From contig CAVUZH010000013.1 in the NCBI GenBank assembly GCA_963745835.1, forward strand, positions 736,001-800,000: DNA of 64,000 nt. Reading direction: 5' to 3'. The notes beneath the pieces were generated by a model. That model was not told the origin of the DNA, did no database searches, and saw nothing but the letters and a program-made list of their open reading frames with translations. Of this stretch, positions 30,732 to 45,047 are shown piece by piece. This DNA is from an uncultured delta proteobacterium. Lineage in GTDB: Bacteria > Desulfobacterota > Binatia > UBA9968. Position numbers and translations under genes: made by a program. Every line of letters begins with the position of its first letter. The first letter of the stretch is position 1.

Positions 30732-30939
30732 CGCTGAAACCGCGACTGTTTTCATTGCTCTCAACTCGTTTTTCATCGTATCGGGTGAAAGCCTAGACTG
30801 GAAGGTTGGATGGCGGAAGGCCACGGCATGTCTCGTAGCTTCAGGACCTTCGTCGCAGAACACAGCATTTTGAGCCTTAGCCCCTCATTGTCCGGCGCAA
30901 CCAGGCCTTCCGTAAGTGAGATAAGCCCGGGTTTGAGGG

Positions 30940-31232
30940 ACACCTAAAGATGCCGACGGCGAGGTGCTCCACAGCTTTACGATCATAACCACCGTGCCTA
31001 ATGCCCTGCTGCGACGTATTCACAGCCGTATGCCTGTGATCTTGATGCGCTGCAGGCACAGCAATGGCTAGATCCTAGACTCAGTACCCGGCCTGCGGAT
31101 ATCGCCGCCGTGCTTGCCCCATTCCCATCTGAACAGATGCAAGCCCATGACGTATCCCCGCTCGTCAATAAGCCAGAATATGACAGGGCGGACTGCCATA
31201 CCCCTGTTGCGGACCGACAGTTCCGGCTAGTC
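30940..31232 (+). pseudogene. SRAP (SOS response-associated peptidase) C-terminal remnant
   Basis: FTIITTVPNALLRRIHSRMPVIL, then after a frameshift WLDP...VSPLVNKP. Confidence 0.8.
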
Positions 31233-31311
31233 TAACAGGTGTGCGCGGAAGTCTGAAGGATGATCCTTCTAGCGGTGCAGAGTGAAAGTTAGTAGTCGCA
31301 CCCGACGCGTT

Positions 31312-31686
31312 TCAGAGTTCCGATTGCCCTCCGTTACTAAGCACCTTCTGAATCTTCGATAATAGCTGGTCTAACGAAAGTGGCTTACTGAGGCATGGCA
31401 CGCCGAGTTTTTGAATAGCTTCCAGATACTCAGACATATTGGCGGTAATTAGGAAAACAGGAGTAACTGGTAATGTGGAGAGAATATGCTTCGCAAGAGC
31501 TACACCGTCCATTCGAGGCATCTTAATGTCTGAAAGCACAAGGTCGAATCGGCACTGCCCCAAAAGTCCCATAGCCTCCACACCGTCTTTTGCCCCTGCC
31601 GTTTCATAGCCTTCGCGGTTTAAAAAGTACCGTAAGATTCTTAGACTCGCAGGCTCATCTTCTACAACCAAAATCTTCTGACTCAT
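31312..31686 (-). CDS. Single-domain response regulator
   Basis: LVVEDE, SDIKMPRMDG, ITA, KP. Confidence 0.9.
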   Translation of the reverse strand: MSQKILVVEDEPASLRILRYFLNREGYETAGAKDGVEAMGLLGQCRFDLVLSDIKMPRMDGVALAKHILSTLPVTPVFLITANMSEYLEAIQKLGVPCLSKPLSLDQLLSKIQKVLSNGGQSEL

Positions 31687-31842
31687 TTCGGCTCGCCCAA
31701 ACAACGAGCATGACGTATGGCACCAAGCAACATCTTACAAAAGGACAATGGCAAGACTGCCGCTTAGCCGGGGTAATTACCTGTTTTTCTATGGCAAAGT
31801 CAACTATTATTAATTAAACTAATTGGTTGTTATTGTCATTTC

Positions 31843-32124
31843 TTGGCATTTCATGGTAGTTCTCTCCGCGTGTCGCTTCAACAAGTCGAGATCATTCTGG
31901 AAAGGGGCGAGGCACAATGTTTATTAGACCACGCAGCCAAGACTTCCATTGCATGGGCCACACTGAAAGCAACTATAAAACCATGGATCGTTAGCGGTAT
32001 CCCCGCCCCGCCAGTCACCATTCACTGTAACGAAGAAACCGCACGCGATCTGCTACGAACCGCAGAATTACACTGTCAGAGCGCAGTGCAAAAAATTGAA
32101 CAGGCGCTCACTACATCTCCATAG
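31843..32124 (+). CDS. Small hypothetical protein, apparent homolog of 527..787
   Basis: EIILERGEAQCLL...VTIHCNEETARDLL; start uncertain. Confidence 0.55.
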   Translation: MAFHGSSLRVSLQQVEIILERGEAQCLLDHAAKTSIAWATLKATIKPWIVSGIPAPPVTIHCNEETARDLLRTAELHCQSAVQKIEQALTTSP

Positions 32125-32892
32125 CCCCCTCGTTCGAGCACGTATTTGACTCATAGTCGTTCCCGGCGTATATAGCTGCGCCATTCATGCAGCGCATCAC
32201 ACGACAGCAAAGCAGTAAAAATCGCACCTACGACAATGGTGAAGGCATTGACTTCGTTCGCTGCCTTATCTGCAGCAAACACCTGCGCGTAATCAGTGGC
32301 CGACATCTTTCAACGCATGGCACTGATCGTGAAACCTACATCGAGGAGTACGCGCTCAGCCCGGACCAACTCTGCTCCAAAACCTTTCGTGTAAATCATA
32401 GTTCACGATCCGACTACTGTGCGCACAGCAGGCGCGAATGGATCGCTGCGATGAAGGCCGTCTATAAGCAGCACGGCAACGTCCTTGCTGGATACCTGCG
32501 AGACAACCTTCCACATCTTTATAACCAAGGGGTGTGGCTATTCGGTGACTGGGACAAAGCTCTCAGTGCAGCGGGGTTCGCGCCAGAGCAGATGCGCATG
32601 TGGGCTTTTTGGGATTAGGCAAAACTTATCACCCAGGTACAAGAGCTGAGAAAACGACATTCACCACTGTACGCCAAGTACGTCCTGAAGAATCATAAGA
32701 AGCTGTTCTCTGCTGCGCTACGTCACTTCGGGTCATGGGAAAAGGGTCTACTTGCTGCTGGCATTGAGATTCCAAAGTACACGTATGGAAGTCGGCTCGG
32801 AATATTAAGAGCATTGGACGACGCTGTACACGGGTATCCAAAAAAGGCTGTTCCTGCGCCGCTTAAATCGTCGGCGATTTATTACTTCGGCA

Positions 32893-34217
32893 CACTAATG
32901 TCCGGACGTTGATGAGGCCGAATTCTGTAATTGCCTGATTTGAAATAGATAACTCATGATTTGGTCTGGTCTCGATTTGAATTTTGAACCGCCCTTTTGC
33001 CACCCTGCGGGCAACACACTCGCAGGAGGTCCGGATGCACGAGGGCAAGCTGGTGTTCGCCCAGGTCACTGGGCATCTGCCGCTAACTACGTTTGGGCGT
33101 TGCGTGGCACGCTACGGCGGGAGCCACAAGATCAAGAGCTTTTCTTGTCTCGATCAGTATCTCTGTATGGCATTTGCCCAGCTGACTTATCGAGAGAGCT
33201 TGCGCGATATCGAAGCGTGTCTGCGTGCTCAACAAAGCAAGCTCTACCACATGGGGATCAAGAGCCGAGTTTCGCGCAGCACTCTGGCCGACGCCAACGA
33301 GAGTCGCGACTGGCGCATCTATGCCGACTTTGCCCAGTCGCTGATTGGGATTGCCCGCCGCCTCTATGCCACAGAACCGTTCGGCGTCGATCTCAACGAT
33401 ACGGTCTACGCTCTGGATGCCAGCACGATCGATCTGTGTCTTTCGGTGTTTCCCTGGGCGCCGTTTCGCTCGACCAAGGCAGCCGTCAAATTGCACACTC
33501 TCTTGGATTTGCGTGGCAACATTCCTTCGTTCCTGCATATCAGCGATGGCAAACTGCACGACGTCAACGTTCTCGATCTGTTGCTGCCCGAGCCCGGCGC
33601 TTTCTACATCATGGATCGAGGCTACATCGACTTCGATCGGCTTTATCAATTGCACGAGGCCAAATGTTTCTTTGTCATCCGGGCCAAGTCCAATCTCAAA
33701 GCCCAGCGGCGCTACTCGCATCCTATCGATCGCAGCACTGGCTTGATTTGCGATCAGACTGTCGTGCTGACAGGCTTTTACTCCAAACAAGATTTCGACA
33801 CGCCGCTTCGTCGAGTCCGCTTCAAAGATCCTATGACCGGCAAAGGTTTGGTGTTCCTCACCAACAATTTCACCTTGCCAGCATTGACCATCACCGAGCT
33901 GTATCGCTGCCGCTGGCAAGTCGAATTGTTTTTCAAATGGATCAAGCAACATTTGCGTCTCAAAGTTTTCTACGGAACCACCGAGAACGCAGTCAAAACA
34001 CAAATCTGGATCGCTGTGTCGGTTTACGTGCTCGTGGCGATCATCAAAAAAAGACTCAATCTCTCGGCCAGCTTGTATGAAATATTACAGATCTTGAGCT
34101 TGACCATGTTCGAACGAATTCCGTTAGATCAACTACTTAGCAAAATTGTCACCGAGCAAAATTACGCGCTTTCACTTAATCAACTGAATTTGTTCAACTA
34201 ACGTCCGGACATTAGTG
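32893..34217 (+). mobile_element. IS4-family insertion sequence, 1325 bp
   Basis: Perfect 18-bp IR CACTAATGTCCGGACGTT; 9-bp target duplication ACTTCGGCA at 32884-32892 and 34218-34226. Confidence 0.93.
33035..34201 (+). CDS. IS4-family transposase (DUF4372 + DDE)
   Basis: FAQLTYRESLRDIE, LDASTI, MDRGY, YRCRWQVELFFKWIKQ (YREK motif). Confidence 0.95.
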   Translation: MHEGKLVFAQVTGHLPLTTFGRCVARYGGSHKIKSFSCLDQYLCMAFAQLTYRESLRDIEACLRAQQSKLYHMGIKSRVSRSTLADANESRDWRIYADFAQSLIGIARRLYATEPFGVDLNDTVYALDASTIDLCLSVFPWAPFRSTKAAVKLHTLLDLRGNIPSFLHISDGKLHDVNVLDLLLPEPGAFYIMDRGYIDFDRLYQLHEAKCFFVIRAKSNLKAQRRYSHPIDRSTGLICDQTVVLTGFYSKQDFDTPLRRVRFKDPMTGKGLVFLTNNFTLPALTITELYRCRWQVELFFKWIKQHLRLKVFYGTTENAVKTQIWIAVSVYVLVAIIKKRLNLSASLYEILQILSLTMFERIPLDQLLSKIVTEQNYALSLNQLNLFN

Positions 34218-34834
34218 ACTTCGGCAGTTTGCAAAAAGCCAGCGTTGCAGCAAAAAGAGAACGGGCTACGTCACCCAAGGGCAGGATTACAACAGCGCTT
34301 TCTCGGATGCACAGGGGGAAGCAATGCTTGGCATACACCAAGGTACGCCGTGACCATCTGCCGCTGGTGCGTGCCGCCGAGAAGCAGTTCGGGAATTGGG
34401 GTAAGGCGCTGTATGCCGCGGGGATTGACCCAAACTTGTATTATGTTCGTCACAAGTGGCGCAGAGCGATACCCCAACCTACCTAGCTCCTCGGTGCTCG
34501 GTGCCGTGAAGAAGGAGTTGGTGGTTACGTATCAATTGCCGAAAAGGTGGGCCTCCTACCGGCTAAGTCACGTGTAAAAAGGGTATGCCTGAAGGCTTCT
34601 GCCGATGTGAGAGGTCTTCGTAGTAGTAACCAATTGAAGACCGTATCACGCCGCTGCGCATTGTTAGGTTCTCACGCCTCGACCATCATTTGACAACGGA
34701 TAGCGAATCCCGCCGATGGTCGCGCACTCGCGTCCGCTACGAGTTCTTGTCGGAAGGTGGTGCTTATGAAACTCTCTGTTGCCGCCGCTATTCTATTACT
34801 ACTTACACTCCTGAAGACGAAGTCATCGGCTGAT

Positions 34835-35260
34835 CTGCTCAATCTCTCAAGCCGGGTATTGTGGGAATCGGGGATGATGTGATGATAGCGGGCTTTGTGA
34901 TTGGGCGGAACTACATCGGTTCCAGTTCTAATACGCGGGCGTGGTCCGTCATTGAGTGGAGCACCGTTTTCTGTCCCGGGGACCTTGGGCAACCCTTTGT
35001 TGCAGATTTTTTCCGGTCAGTCGCTCATAGCAAATAACGATGATTGGCAGCAAAATCAGCAGCACGAAATATTTGCGACGGGCTTAGACCCATGTCGTCC
35101 AAATCCAGGCCAATCGTCCGCTCCACCTTCCTGTACGCCGGAAGCAGCAATTCTTGTCACACTGCCGCCCGGAGCTTACACCGTGATTCTTAGTGGGGTC
35201 GGGGGGTGGAACTGGAGTGGCGTTAGTGGAGGTATACGAACTCACAGGTGGAGTGACCAC
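34835..35260 (+). pseudogene. Remnant of a surface-protein C-terminal domain (NLSxR...IAGFVI...LPPGAYT...GVALVEVY type)
   Basis: Motifs recoverable across about three frameshifts. Confidence 0.65.
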
Positions 35261-35599
35261 ACCGCCGAGCATCACTGGCGTCTATACGGGTTCAATAAGC
35301 CTGGGAACTCTCTTACAATCCATTTCTCTGGTCAAGTTACTGGCCGGTGACACGTGCGCTGTCGAAGGAGATCTATCGGCGAGCCGATAAATCTGGATTC
35401 TAGGGTGACCACATCACAGGCTATAGCCTCGGGCTTAGGAGAGATATGCTAGACCCACAGAAAAACTCGAACGTGAAGCACTGCTGAGACGCATCCGCGA
35501 ACTCGAGGAACTCCATAACTCTAACGGGCTTACAATGTAGAAGCGGGCTACGACGGCTTTCCCCTGTGTGGAATGAAATGCTGCGGGATCACAGTACAG

Positions 35600-36770
35600 T
35601 TATAAGAGAGAGCCGCAATCCATATTCTGGTCTTCGTTTGCCTTTTGATTTAGATAACATCTATCCCGTATGACTTTGATAATTCTGTTGGCCATCTCTG
35701 CATGACCCTTCGCTGTTAGATGCAGATCAAGTCGATACGAGAAATCTTGACCTCCAGGCAAGTCGAGAATGAGAAATGCGGCTACTGCCTCTGGCCTACC
35801 AAGGCTTGCTAGGAGCTGCCGGCTAAGATCTGCGGACCAACGCAGTCCCAATAGGAGCACCATTATACTTCTAGGCTTTAGTTGTTGCTTTTGGACCAGG
35901 TTTTCTAACCCGGCTTTAAAAGAGTAAAAGAAATAGAATGGCTCCTCGCTCATGTCGCCCCCATTGGCTGGCGCTGAATTAGAAATTAAACCAAGCTTTT
36001 TCAGGATCGACCCCTTAATACCATAGTGTAGGCTTTTAAAGATCGACCTACGTACAATGCTCAGGATCCCAATCGTATGCTTGCCAACGTAGTATCCTAC
36101 TTGGTTCAAATGCTCTTTCTGAACGGTCTCATAACGCTTATCGCTACTTATCGGTAACGCATTTCCAAATTCAAAGAACTTGTGGTTTTCAACAAAATCA
36201 TTGGACGAATACTGTACGATGATTGTTTCTAACCTGGTAATATCGACGCGCTCCGCAATCTTAAATTCTCTGACTGTCCCATATGAAGAGACAGCTAAAT
36301 TCAAAACCGTCTTGCCAGTCCCCTTCTCAATCCTGTGAGCGAACGTATCCTGATCATTTGACGCCCCATCCCATAGCAGTGGAGTCCCCAAGAACAACGA
36401 TTTGAGGTGAGCGTAGTGAGTTCTCATCGTCTCGGACCCCCAGTGAATTAGCAGTTACAACAGTGTCAAACTCTCTGCCAATAAATCGGCAGGAACCAGG
36501 TCGTAAGGTGTATGTAAGTTCATCGTCATACTTAGAACACCCCGGTAAATATTGTATAGAAGGTTGATCTTCCGCATAGTAATATTCTCTCAAGATCGGC
36601 AACATAGATCTCGGAACATGCGACGGGTACCGCAGCATCAATTCAAAAGTAGCTTCTGTCACACTGACAGTGATAGCTCCAATCACCACGACAGATACAA
36701 TGAATCTTGCTGCCGAGCGCCAATTGAAGGAAAGTTGAACCAGCAAGATTGCCGAAAGCCATTTCTTCAT
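35600..36770 (-). pseudogene. SGNH/GDSL hydrolase-family protein, frameshifted
   Basis: GDSTAMGWGV, frameshift near 36358, then NLAVSSYG, ND and DLHL blocks. Confidence 0.75.
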
Positions 36771-37127
36771 GCCTTAAAACCTCCCGCGGCCGTCGTATCC
36801 GGCTCCTCCTCGCGTGTGTTCGCTGGGATTGTGAGCGAAGAATTTAAACTTCTACGGTAAACCCCACGCTGTGCCGCAAGATTGACCATCGTTCTAGTCG
36901 CAGTAACACCGAAGCACGATAATACTGGCTGGTGAGTGCCCGATTTACTAGGGCTGCGGCGGCGCTGTGAACCTTTACACCAGTCGTCAGATAGAAAAGC
37001 AAGGTGAAATCGCACCGTTTTAGAGATTTTTTCCAACCAAGTTGCAAAGTTCGATTATCGCGCACAAGCTCAAATCTGGCATAATCCAGTTGACGTGTTC
37101 GTTTTAGTGATTGAGTATCTGCGGTTG

Positions 37128-37770
37128 ATGCCGAGATACATCCATACACTTCGCTGTCTTGTGCTGACCTTCGCTGTGATCCTTTTCGCCACCTCACCTG
37201 CTTACCCCTGGGGCACCAAAGGTCACGAAATCATCGCCGCTATCGCCGAGCCACAACTCACCAACACCGCACGCAAACGCATCAAAGAGCTTCTTCCGCA
37301 AGGCACGACATTAGCCGACGCATCGACCTGGCCGGACAAGGCGGGTCGGCAGATACCTGACATGGATGCTTATCACTTCATCAACTTCCCCAAGGACGCG
37401 AACACATACGACCAGCAGCGCGATTGCAAACTGCGCAACTGCATCATTGAGGCTATCGCTTGGTATTTGCAGGTGTTGAAATCGCCCGATGCACCACGCA
37501 ACGAGAAGCGCACTGCACTGCGATTCGTCGCTCACTTGGTTGGCGACATTCATCAGCCGCTTCATGCCGGGTTCGCTGAGGATCGTGGCGGCAACAGCGT
37601 TGAAGTACGCTTCAATGGCAGGAAAGAAAACCTGCATTCGCTATGGGACACGGCTTTGGTTGAGCTAGAGCAAAGGGACGCCCACAGAGATCGCAGCGCG
37701 AATCCAAGCTGTGGTAACCGAGGAGGATCGGCAGCAATGGCGGCAAGGAACACCGGCAGAGTGGGCGGCG
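37128..37770 (+). pseudogene. S1/P1 nuclease, frameshifted and truncated
   Basis: Signal peptide, WGTKGH, WPD, HLVGDIHQPLH, NLHSLWD; extra A near 37672; C-terminal helix missing. Confidence 0.85.
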
Positions 37771-38098
37771 AGGGCCTTGCTTGAGCTGCTTTGTTTATAG
37801 ACGTGCGTTTGCCTCGTGGCATGTTGAGTCTCCTTTTGGTTGGGAAAGCCTTCTTGTTTTTGCGGCGTGTCCGTGTAGGAACCATTAAATAGACCTATGC
37901 CGGGGGGGTGAGCCCAACACCCCTCACCCCTTCAGGAGCGTGGTAGTAATCGAACCGGAACCGTTTCGGTTTATGCGGGATTCAGCGGGTAGATTGAGGG
38001 ATGTTTCGGGATGGATGAGCAAGTGCCATAAACAAGAAAAGCACTGTATCTCCCGATGGATACTAGCGCTTTCGATTGCCGGACTTTTTGATCAACTT

Positions 38099-38124
38099 GG
38101 GTTCGATTCCCGTTGGGACCACCA
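38099..38124 (+). repeat. attR core (copy of tRNA-Glu 3' end)
   Basis: Identical to 18420-18445. Confidence 0.93.
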
Positions 38125-38259
38125 CTTTTCCCGCATACTTAGAACCAGCGCCAAAAAAGGTCTACGCAAAAGTCTCCGTCCCTCTGTGGTTACGTCGTTT
38201 TCTTGCTCCGATTGTGCGGGTTGGTTACTCGCAACGTAAGCCCGTAAGAGGGCATCGCC
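38125..38259 (-). pseudogene. C-terminal relic of a second related integrase
   Basis: Encodes GDALLRAYV versus GDALLRGYV in the first integrase; similar flanking DNA. Confidence 0.7.
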
Positions 38260-38297
38260 TAATCAGTAGCCCATTATCTTGATACTCAAGTGGGAAA

Positions 38298-38473
38298 CTA
38301 GTGTGGTGTCTCTAAAGTTCGCTACATAATTCAATCGTCATTCCGGGCAAGCTGGCGATAGCTAGCGCGACCCGGAATCCAGGAAATTCGAGGAAATCTG
38401 CATTCTCGCTTCCGCGGGAATGACGCATTAAGGTGCTTGAGTTATTCATCGAACTTGTGAATCAGGACACTAG
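38298..38473. mobile_element. MITE-like element enclosing a REP-like palindrome
   Basis: CTAGTGT...ACACTAG ends with ~37-bp imperfect IR; internal GTCATTCCG...CGGGAATGAC. Confidence 0.65.
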
Positions 38474-38524
38474 CATCCCTTTTTTAAAACTCTCAGTTCA
38501 GCCGCCTAAAACTTTTAACTTCGA

Positions 38525-42219
<3,695 letters not shown>

Positions 42220-42223
<4 letters not shown>

Positions 42224-43203
42224 CTCTTCGCCTTCCTTGGGGCTGATATATTCTTCAAGCTTACGCGGGCGACGAAAATTTCCACCGGCTGATTACCATT
42301 ACGAAGCATCCTTTCACCGGCATACGAACCGGTGAGCTCATAATCGACCGCTTCCGCTCCCGCAGCACGAAATAAATCTTCAATGGTTTTGTGATCAAAG
42401 CCAAGCCATCGATGCGCCATCTCCTGGCGCATCCATTCTTGCTTATGTTGCACCAAGTCGACCAGAACAATCGATCCACCCGGCCGTACGATCCGGCAAA
42501 GCTCCGCAATGGCTTTCTGTGGATCCGCCAGGAAGTGCAGCACCATGACGCAGAAGGCCGAATCCACGCTATGCGTCGGAATCGGCAGCCTCAACGCATC
42601 GCCGAGACGCAGGTCGACGTTCGCTAGTTTTTTTTCCTTGGCCAGTTCACCGGCGCGACGTAACATCTCCTGCGAGAGATCGACACCGATGACTTTTCTC
42701 GCAAATCGCGCCAGTTCAAACGTGAGACTGCCGGTGCCGCAGCCGACATCGGCCAAAACCAGGTTTCGCGGCAGCAGCTTTTCAATGGCCAGGGAGGCGA
42801 CCCGATCGTCGAAATAGCTTTTACGAATTCTCTCCCAATCGCCGGCCACAGTTTCGAAATAATCGCGCGAGCGGCTCACCTTCCGACGCCGGCAGTTTTC
42901 AAGCCGAGCGCGATCGCCTTTGCCTTCCGGCAGATCTTTAATCCGCTCACGTAATGATTTGAATAGTTCCTGCGCCGGCGCCGGCATATCGCGGCGCGCT
43001 GAGAAATAAACGTTGGTGCCTTCCTTACGGTCCTGGATGAAACCCGCCTCGCGCAGAATCGCCAGATTGCGCGATACGGACGACTGCACCGAGCCGACGA
43101 TTTCTTGCACTTCGCCGACGGTCAACTCTTCTTGAGAAACCGCGGCGAGAACGCGCAAGCGCAACGGATCCCCCAATGCTTTGATAGTTCGGACAATATC
43201 CAT
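42220..43203 (-). CDS. ArsR HTH + SAM-binding methyltransferase-fold regulator (SahR-like)
   Basis: [10 protein letters not shown]...QSSVSRNL ArsR domain; [10 protein letters not shown] motif; ATGA overlap with metH. Confidence 0.85.
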
Positions 43204-43220
43204 ACCGGCAGCTCGAATAG

Positions 43221-43248
43221 ATATCGCAATATATAGATTATTAGATAT
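43221..43248. promoter_or_regulatory. AT-rich imperfect palindrome, candidate SahR-type operator
   Basis: ATATATAGATTATTAGATAT and overlapping ATATC half-sites just upstream of the regulator. Confidence 0.35.
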
Positions 43249-43337
43249 TTGCGCAAGACGATGCCAATTTCCGCGCAATTCGGAGCCATTCCACCGCGCT
43301 GCGCTTGATCGGAATTTGGAGAGCGTCGAAATATGAC

Positions 43338-43919
43338 TTATCGAATCTTCTGAGTGAAAATACCGGCGCGAAATGCCTCCCCTTCGCCGTCGGTGTACTT
43401 GCCTTCCCGATAGCAGAGAACTCGGAAGCTACGGAAGTGTTCCAACAGTTCGTTGTGATTCAATAAGTAGGCGGGATTTTTCGGATGGCCGATCGCCTGT
43501 TGATCGATCACGTAGGTTTCAAAAATGATGTGCCCCTGGGGCTTGAGTGCTCTTTGGATCTGAGGAAACAATGAGCGCTGCAGATAATTGAAATTCACAA
43601 TCAGGTCGTAGACGGCAGTGGGGAGTTCAATTTGCTCCAAGTCCGCCTGGTGCCATGTTATCTCAAGCGACTTTTCCTCTGCGCGCCGACGCGCCTCTTC
43701 AAGAGCGATTGTTGAAATGTCGATGCCAACCACCTTAAAGTCCATTTCGGCCAGGAAAATTGCGTTACGACCTTTTCCCGCTGCGACATCTAGAGCTAGT
43801 CCGCGGGAGATGTGCCAGGCATCACTCTCGAGAATCTGCCTTAGATAACTCGATGGCCGATCGGCGCCAGCCGATGACGAATGTTGACGGTCCCATCTGG
43901 TTTGATCATCCGAGGACAT
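43338..43919 (-). CDS. Class I SAM-dependent methyltransferase (TehB-like)
   Basis: ALDVAAGKGRNA, NYLQR, LKPQG. Confidence 0.88.
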   Translation of the reverse strand: MSSDDQTRWDRQHSSSAGADRPSSYLRQILESDAWHISRGLALDVAAGKGRNAIFLAEMDFKVVGIDISTIALEEARRRAEEKSLEITWHQADLEQIELPTAVYDLIVNFNYLQRSLFPQIQRALKPQGHIIFETYVIDQQAIGHPKNPAYLLNHNELLEHFRSFRVLCYREGKYTDGEGEAFRAGIFTQKIR

Positions 43920-44082
43920 AAAGGGCTATGAAATGTTCCAACGGTTGAATCGTTCAATCTGTTCAAGCCGTATGAGTCGAGCCCGGAGAGAAATCATCTC
44001 TTCCTGGGTTCCAATCCATTTAGACGATCTGACCTGTACAACAATCCAAAATCCTCTTTTGCTTTAATTATCACGCGCTGGC

Positions 44083-44209
44083 TGCAGGTTACTCAAAAAG
44101 ACTTAGAGGCGAGGCTCGCGAAAATAGATGAGGTGAGGCGTACGTGTTAGTACGTTGAAGCGAATCGATTGAGCGAAACGAAGCATATGAGTCTTTTCAG
44201 CAACCTGCA
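44083..44209. repeat. MITE-like intergenic repeat
   Basis: TGCAGGTTACTCAAAAAGACT ... AGTCTTTTCAGCAACCTGCA terminal IR; inner CGTAC-N6-GTACG hairpin. Confidence 0.6.
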
Positions 44210-44977
44210 TTAATACACTGCGCGCGCGAGAGTAAGCACAAAAACCTCGCGCGCCCCACCCTGTTTCAACACACGGCTGCACTCGTTCACCGTGGCGCCG
44301 GAAGTATACACGTCATCGACTAGCAGCAAGCATTTACCTTTCACTGCGGTTTTTCCCGACAGGGCAAACGCGCCCCGCATGTTTTTTCTTCGCTCTTCTT
44401 CCGGCAATTGCGTTTGCGGCGGCGTGTCCATCTTTCGGTAAAGCGCAAAGCAATCTAGCGGAAGATTGTAGGCGCGACCAATCTGGCGCGCCAGCAACAC
44501 GGATTGATTAAAGCCGCGCCAGCGCAGTCGCCTGGGATGCAGCGGCACAGGAATAATAATATCTGCCTTGCATGTTAGAAGAAATTCTTCACAGCCGCGC
44601 GCCATCAGCCGTCCCAAAGGCTTGCCCAGTGCGACCTTGCGGCCATACTTGAATTTTTGAATCACTTGCCGGAGCGGATGCTCTGTCGCTTCTTCTCGTG
44701 GATAGCAGGCCCAGGAATGGGCCCGGGCATACTGTGGATTGCGCGCGAGGCAAACTCCGCAGACATGATCATCTCCGCTCGAATCTGGAAATGGCCGGCC
44801 ACAAATCGTACAGAACGGATGCGCAACAAGCTGAATTTGCGGCCAACAGGCGGAACAGAAGTATTCGCGATCACACCCCTGGATCGACTCGCTGCACGCT
44901 CGGCAGCGCGGCGGATAAAGCCAATCCACCAGTGAGTCCAAGCGCTCGGCAAAAGATGGATGGCATTGAGGTTTCAT
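44210..44977 (-). CDS. comF: ComF-family competence protein
   Basis: Double zinc ribbon, PVPLH, RGFNQS, LVDDVYTSGAT. Confidence 0.9.
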   Translation of the reverse strand: MKPQCHPSFAERLDSLVDWLYPPRCRACSESIQGCDREYFCSACWPQIQLVAHPFCTICGRPFPDSSGDDHVCGVCLARNPQYARAHSWACYPREEATEHPLRQVIQKFKYGRKVALGKPLGRLMARGCEEFLLTCKADIIIPVPLHPRRLRWRGFNQSVLLARQIGRAYNLPLDCFALYRKMDTPPQTQLPEEERRKNMRGAFALSGKTAVKGKCLLLVDDVYTSGATVNECSRVLKQGGAREVFVLTLARAVY

Positions 44978-45047
44978 GGCCCCGCCACTCTACAAAACGA
45001 TCTCGTAATCAGGCAAGACCGTCGTGAGAGCAGCGCTTGAAATCCTG

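Larger units (their letters stand above)
32187..34486 (+). pseudogene. ROS/MucR-like Zn finger + FGxWxKAL.AAG repeat protein, broken by a stop codon and an IS
   Basis: CLICSKHLR...HLSTHG; four FG.W..AL.AAG-like repeats; TAG at 32616; frame restored when the IS and one target copy are removed. Confidence 0.75.
18420..38124. mobile_element. ~19.7 kb degenerate integrative island in tRNA-Glu
   Basis: Perfect 26-bp direct repeat GGGTTCGATTCCCGTTGGGACCACCA at 18420-18445 and 38099-38124; adjacent tyrosine integrase; accessory cargo. Confidence 0.93.

Noticed and set aside
18460-32618. Stop-codon recoding in the island (in-frame stops at 18930, 22212, 25912, 32616)
   Set aside because: The stops are a mix of TGA, TAA and TAG and co-occur with frameshifts, which indicates decay rather than an alternative code.
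33083-34003. Long antisense and alternate-frame ORFs (306 aa, 374 aa) and similar shadow ORFs over metH, proA and others
   Set aside because: They overlap well-supported genes and show no motifs; this is expected in GC-rich coding DNA.
38076-38124. Second tRNA-Glu gene
   Set aside because: Only the 3' 26 nt are present; this is the att duplication.
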